Part shown: positions 10,183 to 19,803 of the stretch, piece by piece | Layout: the number at the start of each line of letters is the position of its first letter | Position numbering within the stretch: the first letter of the stretch is position 1 | Assembly (NCBI GenBank): GCA_015233495.1 | Contig: JADFXQ010000006.1 | Span: 1 to 59,858, forward strand | Direction of reading: 5' to 3' | Origin: Candidatus Omnitrophota bacterium | Lineage (GTDB): Bacteria; Omnitrophota; Gorgyraeia; Zapsychrales; Zapsychraceae | DNA length: 59,858 bases | The notes under the pieces: model-generated | Seen by the model: the letters and a program-made list of their open reading frames with translations, nothing else | What the model was told of the DNA's origin: nothing | Databases searched by the model: none | Translations under genes and position numbers: made by a program

Positions 10183-12717
10183 ATGAGAGCGCGGGAAGAA
10201 AATCATACGGAGTCCGACTTTTGGAGTATTCCTGCTCCGGAACTTCTGATTCGGCTGCAAGCAAATATTGAAGGACTGACCAGCAGTGAAGCTGATCAAC
10301 GGCTTTTGCGTTACGGGGATAATCTTCTCAAACCCCAGAAAAAAAATGACGTCTTTACTCTGCTGGTCGCTCAGTTTAAAACCCCTATTACTCTTATTCT
10401 TTTTTTCGCGATCGGGTTGTCGTTTTTTGTGCACGACACGACGAATGCCTTGATTATCCTGGCGATTGTTCTGGTCAGCGGATTGCTGGGTTTCTTTCAG
10501 GAGGTCAGCGCGGAAGGCGCGGTGGAAAAGCTGCTTTTGATCATTAAGATCAAGACTGAGGTTCTGCGGGATGGTAAACCCGGAGAAATCTTGATTGAGA
10601 AGGTAGTTCCCGGAGACATTGTGATAGTCAATGCCGGGGATGTCATACCCGCGGACTGTCGGATTTTGGAATCCCGGGACCTCTTTGTCGATGAAGCAAC
10701 CCTGACCGGAGAAACCTATCCGGCTGAGAAATCGGCCGCGGTAGCGCCGTTAGACGCTATTTTGTCGGCCAGAACCAATGTCTTGTGGATGGGAACTCAT
10801 GTGGTCAGCGGCAGCGGCAAGGCGCTCGTTGTGGCTACCGGAAAGCAAACCAAGTTCGGAGAAGTTTCACAACGATTGCGGTTGCGGCCGCCGGAAACCG
10901 AATTTGAAAACGGCATCAGGCAGTTTGGATATTTTTTGATGGAAGTCACCTTGGGGTTGGTTATCGTGATCTTTGCGATCAATGTTTATCTGCAGCGGCC
11001 AATTCTGGAAGCGTTCCTTTTTTCTTTAGCCCTCGCTGTTGGATTGACCCCGCAATTGTTGCCCGCGATCATCAGCATCAACCTTGCCCATGGGGCAAAG
11101 CGTATGGCTGAGCATAAAGTCATTGTCAAACGGCTGGCCTCAATCGAAAACTTTGGCAGTATGAATGTTTTGTGTTCCGATAAAACCGGGACCTTGACGC
11201 GAGGTGCTGTCATTTTGCAATCCGCCCAGGATATCGCGGGACAGCCAAACGATAATGCCTTCCTTTACGCGTATTTGAATGCCTATTACGAGACTGGGTT
11301 TACTAATCCGATTGATGACGCGATTAAAGCATACCGTTTACGTGATTTGGCCGGTTATCAAAAATTAGATGAAATTCCTTATGATTTTACGCGGAAAAGG
11401 CTAAGTATACTGGTGTCCCAGGGCGGCCGTCATTTAATGACCACCAAAGGCGCATTGGCCAATATCCTGGATACTTGTTCGTTGGTTGATAAGGGCGACG
11501 GAAAAACAACGGATATCGCTGGAGTCAGGGAACAAATCCATCAGCGGATGGATAATTTAAGTAAGGAAGGTTTGCGTGTTTTAGGTGTATCTTATAAGGA
11601 AATAAAGTCTGACCGGATAAGCAAAGCCGATGAAGCGGGAATGATCTTTGCCGGATTGTTGGTATTCGCTGATCCCTTAAAATCTGATATCGGAGAAACA
11701 ATCAAATCCCTACGGCAGTTGGGCGTTGCTTTGAAAATAATTACCGGGGATAACAATGCTGTTGCGGTCACGATCGGCCGGCAAGTGGGATTGTCCAATC
11801 CGGTTGTGCTGAGCGGCGTGGCTATTCGTCAAATGAGCGATGCGGCATTGATCGAGAGAGTGTCTGCCGTGAATATTTTTGCCGAGGTCGAACCCAATCA
11901 AAAAGAACGTATAATCCTGGCGCTTAAGAAAGCTGGACACGTGGTCGGATATATGGGGGATGGCATTAATGATGCTTCGGCTCTGCATGCGGCTGATGTG
12001 GGGATATCGGTGGAGAGCGCGGTGGATGTGGCTAAAGAGGCGGCGGACATTGTGCTGCTCGAGAAGGATCTCGGTGTTTTGGTGCATGGCGTCAGAGAAG
12101 GCCGGGTGACATTTACCAATACGCTCAAGTATGTTTTTATGGCAACGAGCGCCAATTTCGGAAATATGTTCAGCATGGCCGGAGCGTCGTTATTTCTGTC
12201 TTTTTTACCGCTGTTGCCGAAACAGGTGTTAATGACTAATTTAATGACTGATTTTCCGGAAATGGCGATTGCCACGGACAGCGTGGATGAAGAAAGTATT
12301 GCTTTGCCCCGCCGCTGGAACATTCAGTTCATCCGAAAATATATGATCGTATTCGGCTTCATCAGCTCGGTCTTTGATTTTCTGACATTCGGGGTTCTCA
12401 TTTTATTTTTACATGCGACACAGGATCAATTCAGAACCGGATGGTTTTTAGAATCGGTTATTTCGGCGGCATTGATCGTGCTGGTCATCCGCACGCGCCG
12501 GCCATTCTTTAAAAGCCCGCCTGGAAAGTGTTTATTGATGGCCACTTTGGGCATTGTGGGTATCACGTTGATCTTGCCTTTTACGCCTTTGGCGGGAGTG
12601 TTGGGTTTTTGCCGGATGCCGGGGAGGTATTTTATGATTTTAGGACTGATTGTTGCTTCGTATATGGCAGTGGCGGAGGTTGCAAAAGGCATTTTCTATA
12701 AGGTTGTTAAATTTTAA
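10183..12717 (+). CDS. mgtA: Mg2+-translocating P-type ATPase (P3B)
   Basis: LTGET, GLTPQLLP, DKTGTLT, GDGINDASAL motifs. Confidence 0.9.
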   Translation: MRAREENHTESDFWSIPAPELLIRLQANIEGLTSSEADQRLLRYGDNLLKPQKKNDVFTLLVAQFKTPITLILFFAIGLSFFVHDTTNALIILAIVLVSGLLGFFQEVSAEGAVEKLLLIIKIKTEVLRDGKPGEILIEKVVPGDIVIVNAGDVIPADCRILESRDLFVDEATLTGETYPAEKSAAVAPLDAILSARTNVLWMGTHVVSGSGKALVVATGKQTKFGEVSQRLRLRPPETEFENGIRQFGYFLMEVTLGLVIVIFAINVYLQRPILEAFLFSLALAVGLTPQLLPAIISINLAHGAKRMAEHKVIVKRLASIENFGSMNVLCSDKTGTLTRGAVILQSAQDIAGQPNDNAFLYAYLNAYYETGFTNPIDDAIKAYRLRDLAGYQKLDEIPYDFTRKRLSILVSQGGRHLMTTKGALANILDTCSLVDKGDGKTTDIAGVREQIHQRMDNLSKEGLRVLGVSYKEIKSDRISKADEAGMIFAGLLVFADPLKSDIGETIKSLRQLGVALKIITGDNNAVAVTIGRQVGLSNPVVLSGVAIRQMSDAALIERVSAVNIFAEVEPNQKERIILALKKAGHVVGYMGDGINDASALHAADVGISVESAVDVAKEAADIVLLEKDLGVLVHGVREGRVTFTNTLKYVFMATSANFGNMFSMAGASLFLSFLPLLPKQVLMTNLMTDFPEMAIATDSVDEESIALPRRWNIQFIRKYMIVFGFISSVFDFLTFGVLILFLHATQDQFRTGWFLESVISAALIVLVIRTRRPFFKSPPGKCLLMATLGIVGITLILPFTPLAGVLGFCRMPGRYFMILGLIVASYMAVAEVAKGIFYKVVKF

Positions 12718-12760
12718 TTAATCAAACCGCCAAAAGACGGGCATTGGAGGAGGGACGGAT

Positions 12761-13183
12761 ATGACAAAGCAGAAGGTTCTTTTCGTTTGTATACATAATT
12801 CAGCCAGAAGCCAGATGGCAGAAGAGTTGCTGCGCAAGTTGGCGGGCGATAGGTTCGAGGTTGAGAGCGCGGGGATCGAGCCCGGAAAACTGAATCCGGC
12901 TGTAGTTGAGGTTTTGAAGGAAGAGGGGATCGACATTTCCGGCAAGAAGACCCAAGCTGTCATGGATCTTTTGAAGCAGAGCAAGCTCTATAGCTGTGTG
13001 ATAACGGTTTGCGATGAGACCAGTGCGGAGAGTTGTCCGGTGTTCCCGGGGGTAACGAAGAGGCTGCATTGGGATTTTACGGATCCGTCAAAGTTCGAGG
13101 GTTCTTGGGAGGATAAGCTGGCTAAGACCCGGGCGGTACGCGAACAGATCCGTCAGAAGATCGAGGATTGGCTTAATAATTAA
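12761..13183 (+). CDS. arsC: thioredoxin-coupled arsenate reductase (LMW-PTP fold)
   Basis: [13 protein letters not shown]-loop, TVCD..CPVFPG, HWDFTDP. Confidence 0.88.
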   Translation: MTKQKVLFVCIHNSARSQMAEELLRKLAGDRFEVESAGIEPGKLNPAVVEVLKEEGIDISGKKTQAVMDLLKQSKLYSCVITVCDETSAESCPVFPGVTKRLHWDFTDPSKFEGSWEDKLAKTRAVREQIRQKIEDWLNN

Positions 13184-13202
13184 GTGTGTGTCACTTAATT
13201 AT
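13176..13202. repeat. perfect AT-rich inverted repeat at the right edge of the inserted block
   Basis: ataattaagtg-tgtgt-cacttaattat, 11-bp arms; related gcataaattaagt at 9883-9895. Confidence 0.75.
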
Positions 13203-13238
13203 GCATGAAATATATTTTTTGTTATTTCGCGCCAGAGG

Positions 13239-13247
13239 TGGTACACT
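13239..13247 (+). promoter_or_regulatory. extended -10 promoter for the DEAD-box helicase
   Basis: TG-G-TACACT. Confidence 0.45.
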
Positions 13248-13270
13248 AATAGCCATAGGAAACCGCGATT

Positions 13271-13310
13271 AAGCCCTTTTGGCCTTTTGTGGTCAGGAGG
13301 GTTTTTTTAT
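13271..13310 (+). terminator. intrinsic terminator/attenuator in the helicase leader
   Basis: 11-bp stem cccttttggcc/ggtcaggaggg with G-U pairs, 6-nt loop, then T7 tract at 13302-13308. Confidence 0.65.
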
Positions 13311-13343
13311 TGCTCTAGGAAAAAGAAAGGACATAAAGAAATT

Positions 13344-14579
13344 ATGAATAAACTCAATCCGGTCAATACCGCCGTGATCGCGCCGTCAGCGGGCGAGTCG
13401 GCGGATAGTTTTTTCAAGTTGGGAATTGCGCCGGGGATTTTGGAAATTTTGATGAAAATCAAATTCAGTGTCCCGACCTCAATTCAGAAAAAAGCCATCC
13501 CTTTGGCTTTGCAGGGGCTGGATATTATCGGCATAGCCCAAACCGGCACCGGCAAGACCCACGCTTTTGCCATTCCCATGGTCCAGCGTCTGGCGCAAGA
13601 CGCTGGAATCGGTTTAGTATTAGCGCCGACCCGGGAATTGGCTTTACAGATCGACGAGGCGTTTCACGGGATCGCGCGTTCTTTTAAAATGCGCACCGCG
13701 TGTTTGATCGGCGGCGCGCCGATGCGAGAGCAGATCCGGGCGCTGCAGGCCAAGCCGCGGGTGATCATTGCCACACCCGGCCGGTTCATTGACCTCATGG
13801 AGCAGAAATATATTCCCGCGAAAGAGGTCCGCATTCTCGTTTTGGATGAGGCGGACCGGATGTTGGATATGGGTTTTTGGCCGCAAATTCAGCAGATTCT
13901 CAAGGTGATTCCCCGCGAACGCCAGACCATGCTTTTTTCCGCGACGATCGTCCCGGAAGTCATGACTTTGGCTTCAACGCACATGAAACTCCCGGTATCG
14001 GTAGAGATTGCCCGTCCGGGGACCACTGCGGAAAAAGTAACGCAGGAATTGTTTATTGTTAAAAAAGAAGAGAAGCTCAAATTGTTGGAAAAAGTTTTAG
14101 CCCAATATAAGGGTTCGGTTCTGATGTTTTGCCGGACCAAACATCATGTCCGCAATATGACCAACGCGGTGCGGAAAATGAACCACCGCGCCGCGGAAAT
14201 CCATTCGGACCGGTCTTTATCGCAGCGGCGGGAAGCTTTGGATGGATTTAAGTCCGGCAAATACCGCGTCTTGGTCGCCACCGACATCGCGGCCCGCGGG
14301 ATTGATGTCACCGGCATTGAATTGGTTTTGAATTATGACATTCCCGACGACGCGGAAAATTACGTGCACCGCATTGGCCGCACGGCCCGCGCCGGCCATC
14401 AAGGACATGCCATTTCGTTTGCTTTACCCGACCAACGCAGCGCGGTCCGGGAAATCGAAAAACTGATCCGCGCGCCCTTGCCCGTGGTGAAACACCCCGA
14501 ATTCTCCTCGGAACAGTTCGAAAAGCCGGTGACCCGGTCGTTTTACAGCGGCCGCCGGAATTTCGGCAGACGGCGTTGA
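13344..14579 (+). CDS. DEAD-box RNA helicase (RhlE-like)
   Basis: AQTGTGKT, PTRELA, DEAD, SAT, HRIGRTARAG; basic C-tail; start moved to ATG 13344. Confidence 0.95.
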   Translation: MNKLNPVNTAVIAPSAGESADSFFKLGIAPGILEILMKIKFSVPTSIQKKAIPLALQGLDIIGIAQTGTGKTHAFAIPMVQRLAQDAGIGLVLAPTRELALQIDEAFHGIARSFKMRTACLIGGAPMREQIRALQAKPRVIIATPGRFIDLMEQKYIPAKEVRILVLDEADRMLDMGFWPQIQQILKVIPRERQTMLFSATIVPEVMTLASTHMKLPVSVEIARPGTTAEKVTQELFIVKKEEKLKLLEKVLAQYKGSVLMFCRTKHHVRNMTNAVRKMNHRAAEIHSDRSLSQRREALDGFKSGKYRVLVATDIAARGIDVTGIELVLNYDIPDDAENYVHRIGRTARAGHQGHAISFALPDQRSAVREIEKLIRAPLPVVKHPEFSSEQFEKPVTRSFYSGRRNFGRRR

Positions 14580-14615
14580 GATTTCCCTCAAAGATGAAAA
14601 CGCGTTAAATAAACA

Positions 14616-14644
14616 TTGACACTCCGCAGGCAACGCGGTAAATT
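14616..14644 (+). promoter_or_regulatory. sigma70 promoter
   Basis: TTGACA (14616-14621), 17 nt, TAAATT (14639-14644). Confidence 0.7.
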
Positions 14645-14650
14645 ATCACA

Positions 14651-14675
14651 ATTCTCTACTAAATTGGTAGAGTAT
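14651..14675. promoter_or_regulatory. palindromic operator, likely for Rrf2 autoregulation
   Basis: ATtCTCTACtaaattgGTAGAGtAT just downstream of the -10 element. Confidence 0.6.
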
Positions 14676-14704
14676 AAAATGTTGAATACGCAGTATCGTC
14701 GGTT

Positions 14705-15139
14705 ATGAAACTTTCCAAAAAAGCTGAATATGCTTTACGGGCGATGATTCTTTTGGCGGGCAGTTATCGAACTGGTCTTTTACGGATCCAGGATATTGCC
14801 AAGCGGGAAAAGATCCCGCAAAAATTTTTAGAAAATATTCTCGTGGAGATCAAAACCGCGGGGTTGATCCGCAGTAAACGCGGGGCTGCCGGCGGTTATG
14901 AATTTTGTATGCCGCCGCAGAAGGTCACTTTGGCGCAAGTCGTCCGGGTGATCGACGGACCGCTGGCGCCTTTAAGCTGTGTAAGCCGCTACGCGCATAT
15001 TTCTTGTCCGGATGAAAAGAAGTGCAAACTAAAACGCGTGATGCTGGAAGTCCGCAACGCGGTGGCGCGCGTTTTAGAGCAGGTTACATTCGCGGATATT
15101 TGTTCTGAAAACGTCCAACCAATGAGAGGAGAAACATGA
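14705..15139 (+). CDS. Rrf2-family transcriptional regulator with three Cys
   Basis: KKAEYALRAM, RSKRGAAGGY wHTH; C-x8-C-x5-C (CVSRYAHISCPDEKKC). Confidence 0.9.
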   Translation: MKLSKKAEYALRAMILLAGSYRTGLLRIQDIAKREKIPQKFLENILVEIKTAGLIRSKRGAAGGYEFCMPPQKVTLAQVVRVIDGPLAPLSCVSRYAHISCPDEKKCKLKRVMLEVRNAVARVLEQVTFADICSENVQPMRGET

Positions 15140-16098
15140 AACTGCAAGATCTGTTGCTGCGCGGGGCCCTGATGAGTTTTATTGTCTTTGGGCAAACTAT
15201 TTCCAGCCAAGCTCAAGAGCAAGCGGCAGGCGGCCGGATCACGATTTCCGGAGCTTGGGCCCTGTATCCGATGGCAGTCAAATGGGCGGAGGAATTTCAG
15301 AAGGCGCATCCGGAGATAAAAATCGATATTTCGGCGGGCGGCGCGGGCAAGGGAATGGCGGATTGTTTGTCAAAGGTTGTTGATTTGGGAATGGTGTCGC
15401 GGGATATTAACGCGGAAGAAGTGCGCAAAGGCGCCTGGTCGGTAGCGGTGACAAAAGACGCGGTTGTGGCTACGATCAATCAAGACAACCCGGTGTTAAA
15501 AGAGCTTTTGGCGCAGGGTTTGACAAAAGAAATGTTCACGGATATTTTTATCACCGGGAAGATTAAAAAATGGGGCGAAGCGGTCAAAACCGGCGCCGGA
15601 GATTCTGTGGCGGTTTATACCCGGTCGGATGCTTGCGGCGCGGCGGAGACTTGGGCGAAATATTTAGGAAAGAAGCAGGAAGACATTATGGGGATCGGCG
15701 TTTACGGCGATCCGGGCGTCGCGGAAGCGGTGAAAAAAGATAAATCCGGAATCGGGTATAATAATATCAATTTCGCTTATGACGCGAAGACGAAAAAGAT
15801 GGTGGATGGGATCCGGGTGGTGCCGATTGATCTTAACGGCAACGGGAAAATTGATTCGTGGGAAGATGTTTATAAAGACCTCAATACGATCAACGCCGCG
15901 ATTGCCGACGGACGTTATCCTTCGCCGCCCGCGCGCGAGCTGTTTTTTGTTGCCAAGGGATGCCCGGAGAGTCGCGCGGTTCGCGTTTTTTTGCGCTGGG
16001 TGTTGACGGATGGGCAAGCTTTTGTCCCGGAGGCCGGGTTTATCAATGTTAGCAAGGAAAGAATAGACGAGGATTTACAAAAATTAGGGAAAGATTAA
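15136..16098 (+). CDS. pstS: phosphate ABC transporter substrate-binding protein
   Basis: ISGAWALYP, SAGGAGKG, RSDACGAAETW; signal peptide; followed by pstCAB. Confidence 0.88.
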   Translation: MKLQDLLLRGALMSFIVFGQTISSQAQEQAAGGRITISGAWALYPMAVKWAEEFQKAHPEIKIDISAGGAGKGMADCLSKVVDLGMVSRDINAEEVRKGAWSVAVTKDAVVATINQDNPVLKELLAQGLTKEMFTDIFITGKIKKWGEAVKTGAGDSVAVYTRSDACGAAETWAKYLGKKQEDIMGIGVYGDPGVAEAVKKDKSGIGYNNINFAYDAKTKKMVDGIRVVPIDLNGNGKIDSWEDVYKDLNTINAAIADGRYPSPPARELFFVAKGCPESRAVRVFLRWVLTDGQAFVPEAGFINVSKERIDEDLQKLGKD

Positions 16099-16144
16099 TT
16101 TTTAGAGGTTTTTTTGAATGGGATAGTTTGGAAACGGTATTTCC

Positions 16145-17068
16145 ATGTTAAGCAGTTTCGTGACAATTTACGCGCGGCGTTTATTTGTGGACCGGGCCGC
16201 AAAACGGGTTTTGGAGCTGGTGGTGGTTTGCTCCGGGTTGATTTTATTGATCATCGCGGGAACGCTGTATTTCCGTTCGCTGCCCGTGCACGGACAAGCG
16301 CATTGGGGGAGTTTGCTGATGTCGCGGGAATGGCATCCGTCCCGAGGGCAATTCGGTTTTCTGCCGTTTATCGCCGGGACTTTGTGGGTTACCGGAGTGG
16401 CCATGGTTTTGGCTGTCCCGGTTTGTCTGCTCATGGCGATTTATTTGGTGGAATACGCGCCGAGGTTTTTGCGGGAAGGGATCAATCCGCTTATCGATAT
16501 TTTGGCGGGTATCCCTTCGGTGGTTTACGGGATGTGGGGAGTATTGGTCATTGTGCCATTTGTCAAAAATTATTTGGCGCCTTGGTTTGGGGTTTCGTCG
16601 AGCGGTTATAGCATTATTGCCGGCGGGATGGTGCTGGCGGTGATGGTGGTCCCAGGCATCATTCACATAACCATGGAAGTTTTGAAATCCGTGCCGCAAG
16701 AGTTGCGCGACGCTTCTTTGGCTTTGGGCGCGACCAAATGGCAGACGATTAAAAATGTGGTGACGCGTCGCGCCATGCCGGGCATGGTGGCCGCGATTGT
16801 GCTGGGTTTGTCGCGCGCTTTTGGCGAAACCATCGCGGTCTTGATGGTCGTCGGGAATGTGGCCCGGGTGCCGGGTTCGATTTTTGATCCGGCATATCCT
16901 TTGCCGGCTTTGATCGCCAATAATTACGGCGAGATGCTTTCGATTCCGATGTATGACGCCGCTTTGCTTTTTGCCGCCTTGATCCTGCTGTTGGTCGTTC
17001 TGTATTTTAATGTGGTTTCACGTTTGATCTTAAGCGGCACGAAGTGGAGCTCCTATTATTATGGATAA
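16145..17068 (+). CDS. pstC: phosphate ABC permease
   Basis: LAGIPSVVYG, LALGATKW, LSRAFGETIAV. Confidence 0.93.
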   Translation: MLSSFVTIYARRLFVDRAAKRVLELVVVCSGLILLIIAGTLYFRSLPVHGQAHWGSLLMSREWHPSRGQFGFLPFIAGTLWVTGVAMVLAVPVCLLMAIYLVEYAPRFLREGINPLIDILAGIPSVVYGMWGVLVIVPFVKNYLAPWFGVSSSGYSIIAGGMVLAVMVVPGIIHITMEVLKSVPQELRDASLALGATKWQTIKNVVTRRAMPGMVAAIVLGLSRAFGETIAVLMVVGNVARVPGSIFDPAYPLPALIANNYGEMLSIPMYDAALLFAALILLLVVLYFNVVSRLILSGTKWSSYYYG

Positions 17069-17912
17069 GCGGTACATCGAAGAAAATATTTTTAAATTCT
17101 TGATGGCAGTTTCGGGGCTGTTGATCATCTCGGTTCTGCTGTTGATTCTGGGGACGATCGCGTATAAAGGGCTTCCCTATTTGAGCTGGGAAATGGTTAC
17201 CCAGCCCCCCCAGAATGGGTATTATCTCGGTAAAGGAGGAGGAATTTTAAACGCGATTCTCGGTTCGCTGTATCTTACTGGCGGGGCTACGGTTTTGGCG
17301 CTGTTGATCAGTTTGCCGGTTACGTTGTATCTTAATGTTTACGCGAAAAAAGATTCCGTTTCGGTTTATGTCACCCGTTTTGTATTTGATGTCTTGTGGG
17401 GAATTCCGTCGATTGTATATGGCGCGTTCGGTTTTACGCTTATGCTTTTTTGGGGAATGCAGGCGTCCTTGTTCGCTGGGATCATTACGGTTACGTTTTT
17501 GATTTTGCCGATCATGACCCGTTCCATGGATGAAATCATCCGGATGGTGCCGGGGCCGCTTTTGGACGCGTCCTATGGTTTGGGCGCTACCCGCTGGGAA
17601 ACAGCCTGGAAAGTGGTTGTCCGGCAGGCCCTGCCGGGAATTTCCACCGCGGTTTTAATGGCCTTTGGCCGCGGGATCGGCGACGCGGCATCGTTGATTT
17701 TTACGGCAGGATTCACGGACGCTTTGCCATCGTCTCTCGGGCGTCCGGCCGCGACATTGCCCTTAGCCATTTTTTTTCAATTCAGTTCGCCCGTCCCCCA
17801 AGTGCAAGGCCGGGCTTACGCGGCGGCGCTCATTTTAACCCTGATCATTTTAGGGGTAAGTTTTGCGTCCCGTTTTTTAACTAAGCGTTTTACGCGCCAT
17901 ATTGTGAGGTAG
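17061..17912 (+). CDS. pstA: phosphate ABC permease
   Basis: LWGIPSIVYG, YGLGATRWE, GRGIGDAA. Confidence 0.93.
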   Translation: MDKRYIEENIFKFLMAVSGLLIISVLLLILGTIAYKGLPYLSWEMVTQPPQNGYYLGKGGGILNAILGSLYLTGGATVLALLISLPVTLYLNVYAKKDSVSVYVTRFVFDVLWGIPSIVYGAFGFTLMLFWGMQASLFAGIITVTFLILPIMTRSMDEIIRMVPGPLLDASYGLGATRWETAWKVVVRQALPGISTAVLMAFGRGIGDAASLIFTAGFTDALPSSLGRPAATLPLAIFFQFSSPVPQVQGRAYAAALILTLIILGVSFASRFLTKRFTRHIVR

Positions 17913-17916
17913 ATCA

Positions 17917-18681
17917 ATGACGGGAATTCCGCCCCATATCAGCGTCCGGGATTTGAATGTTTTTTATGGCAAAGACCATGCCTTGAAAGATATCAGCGTG
18001 GATATCCCGAATAAAAAAATCACGGCGATCATCGGACCTTCCGGATGCGGCAAAACGACTTTGCTCAAATCGTTCAATCGTTTGTTAGAGCGTGCCGACA
18101 ATGTGAAGGTGACCGGCCAGGTTTTGGTGGATGGGGAAGATATTTACGATCCGAAGATGGAGATCACCCATATCCGCAAAAAAATGGGACTGCTGTCGCA
18201 AAAACCCTATCCGTTGCCGATGTCAATTTATGATAATATCGCTTATGGCCCCCGGATTCACGGTGAGCAAAATAAAAAGAAATTAGACAAAATTGTCGAG
18301 CATTTTTTGAAAACCGCCAGCCTCTGGGAGGAAGTGAAAGATAAATTGCACGGCCCGGCAGCGCGGTTGTCCGTCGGCCAGCAGCAGCGTTTGTGTCTGG
18401 CCCGCGGTCTGGCGGTCGGACCGGAAATCATCCTCGGCGATGAGCCGACTTCCGCCTTGGACCCCAAATCCAGCCAGCACATTGAAAAACGGTTCATCGA
18501 GTTGAAAGAACGTTATACCATCATTGTTGTCACCCATATCCTGCGTCAGGCGAAACGCTTGGCGGATTATGTCCTGTTTCTCTACATGGGACGCTTAATC
18601 GAGCACGGTCCGGCCCAAGCCATCTTCGAAAATCCCCAACAAGAAATGACCAAAGAATATATCTTCGGCGTGATTTCGTAG
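17917..18681 (+). CDS. pstB: phosphate ABC ATPase
   Basis: GPSGCGKT, LSVGQQQRLC, DEPTSALDP, SIYDNIAYGPRIHG. Confidence 0.95.
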   Translation: MTGIPPHISVRDLNVFYGKDHALKDISVDIPNKKITAIIGPSGCGKTTLLKSFNRLLERADNVKVTGQVLVDGEDIYDPKMEITHIRKKMGLLSQKPYPLPMSIYDNIAYGPRIHGEQNKKKLDKIVEHFLKTASLWEEVKDKLHGPAARLSVGQQQRLCLARGLAVGPEIILGDEPTSALDPKSSQHIEKRFIELKERYTIIVVTHILRQAKRLADYVLFLYMGRLIEHGPAQAIFENPQQEMTKEYIFGVIS

Positions 18682-18822
18682 GGCGCCCCGACAACGATGA
18701 AGAATATTCTTTTATTTTTTTCTGTTTCCCTCAAAGTTGCATTACAATAACCGCGCCGACCACAAATCGGCTATAGTCAGAATTTAAGTATTTTACTCTG
18801 GATGTCTCATGAACGGAGAACA

Positions 18823-19803
18823 ATGAAATCTTCTTTGATCATTTTTTTATGGATTGCCCTGATGACTGTTGGGTGCGGGTCTAAGCCGCCGGAGAAAAAA
18901 CCGGACGCGATCAACATCGCTTTTCAGGGTTGGATCGGATATTCGCCTTTTTATTTGGGACGGGACCTGGGATTTTTTAAGGACGAAGGGATTGAGTTAA
19001 ATATTGTGAACGAGCAGTTGGACTCGGCCCGGCGGGACGCGTTCATCGCCGGGATGCTCGATGCGGAAGCCGGCACCTTGGATCTGCTGGTTTCCAAACG
19101 CGGGCAGGGGGCTTTAATCGTATCCGTGATGGAGATAGACTATTCTTTTGGCGCGGACGGAATCGTGGCGATGGACAACATCCAAACCCTAGCGGATCTG
19201 AAAGGCAAAAAAGTTGTGTTATCGAAAAATGACGTCAGCGATATGTTTCTGTCCTATCTTTTTCATGAACAAGGCTTGTCGCGGGATGATGTCGCCGTGA
19301 TCGCGAAACGGCCGGATGAAGTGGCGGCGGCGTTTGTTAACGGCGAAGGCGATGCGGCCGTGACCTGGGAGCCGGAATTATCCGCCGCTGCCAAACGCCC
19401 CGGGAGCCGGGTTTTTCTGACATCCAAAGATCAACCCGGATTCATTGTGGATACGCTTAACGTCCGTCAGGATTTGGCGGTTCGCAATCCGGATCTGGTC
19501 CGGCGGTTAATGCGGGGCTGGTTCCGTTCGATGCGGTACGCCAAAGAACATCCGGTTGAGGCGGCCCGGCTCACCGCCAAGTATTATGGAATCACGCAGG
19601 CGGAATATCAAAATCAGATCGCCGGGCTCAAATGGGTAGATTATAAGGAACAAAACACGCCGGCAAATTTCGCGAAATGGCGGGACGTGTTAAATTTGAT
19701 TGTCTCGATTAAATCCGGCCAAGCCGGATCGTCTTCGCAAATCAACGCGGTTGAAGTGATCAACCCAACTTTATTGCAAAAACTCTATGAAAATATCCGC
19801 TAA
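18823..19803 (+). CDS. orphan NMT1/SsuA-like lipoprotein substrate-binding protein
   Basis: Lipobox-like TVGC; WIGYSPFY, SFGADGIV, AAVTWEP; start moved to ATG 18823. Confidence 0.8.
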   Translation: MKSSLIIFLWIALMTVGCGSKPPEKKPDAINIAFQGWIGYSPFYLGRDLGFFKDEGIELNIVNEQLDSARRDAFIAGMLDAEAGTLDLLVSKRGQGALIVSVMEIDYSFGADGIVAMDNIQTLADLKGKKVVLSKNDVSDMFLSYLFHEQGLSRDDVAVIAKRPDEVAAAFVNGEGDAAVTWEPELSAAAKRPGSRVFLTSKDQPGFIVDTLNVRQDLAVRNPDLVRRLMRGWFRSMRYAKEHPVEAARLTAKYYGITQAEYQNQIAGLKWVDYKEQNTPANFAKWRDVLNLIVSIKSGQAGSSSQINAVEVINPTLLQKLYENIR

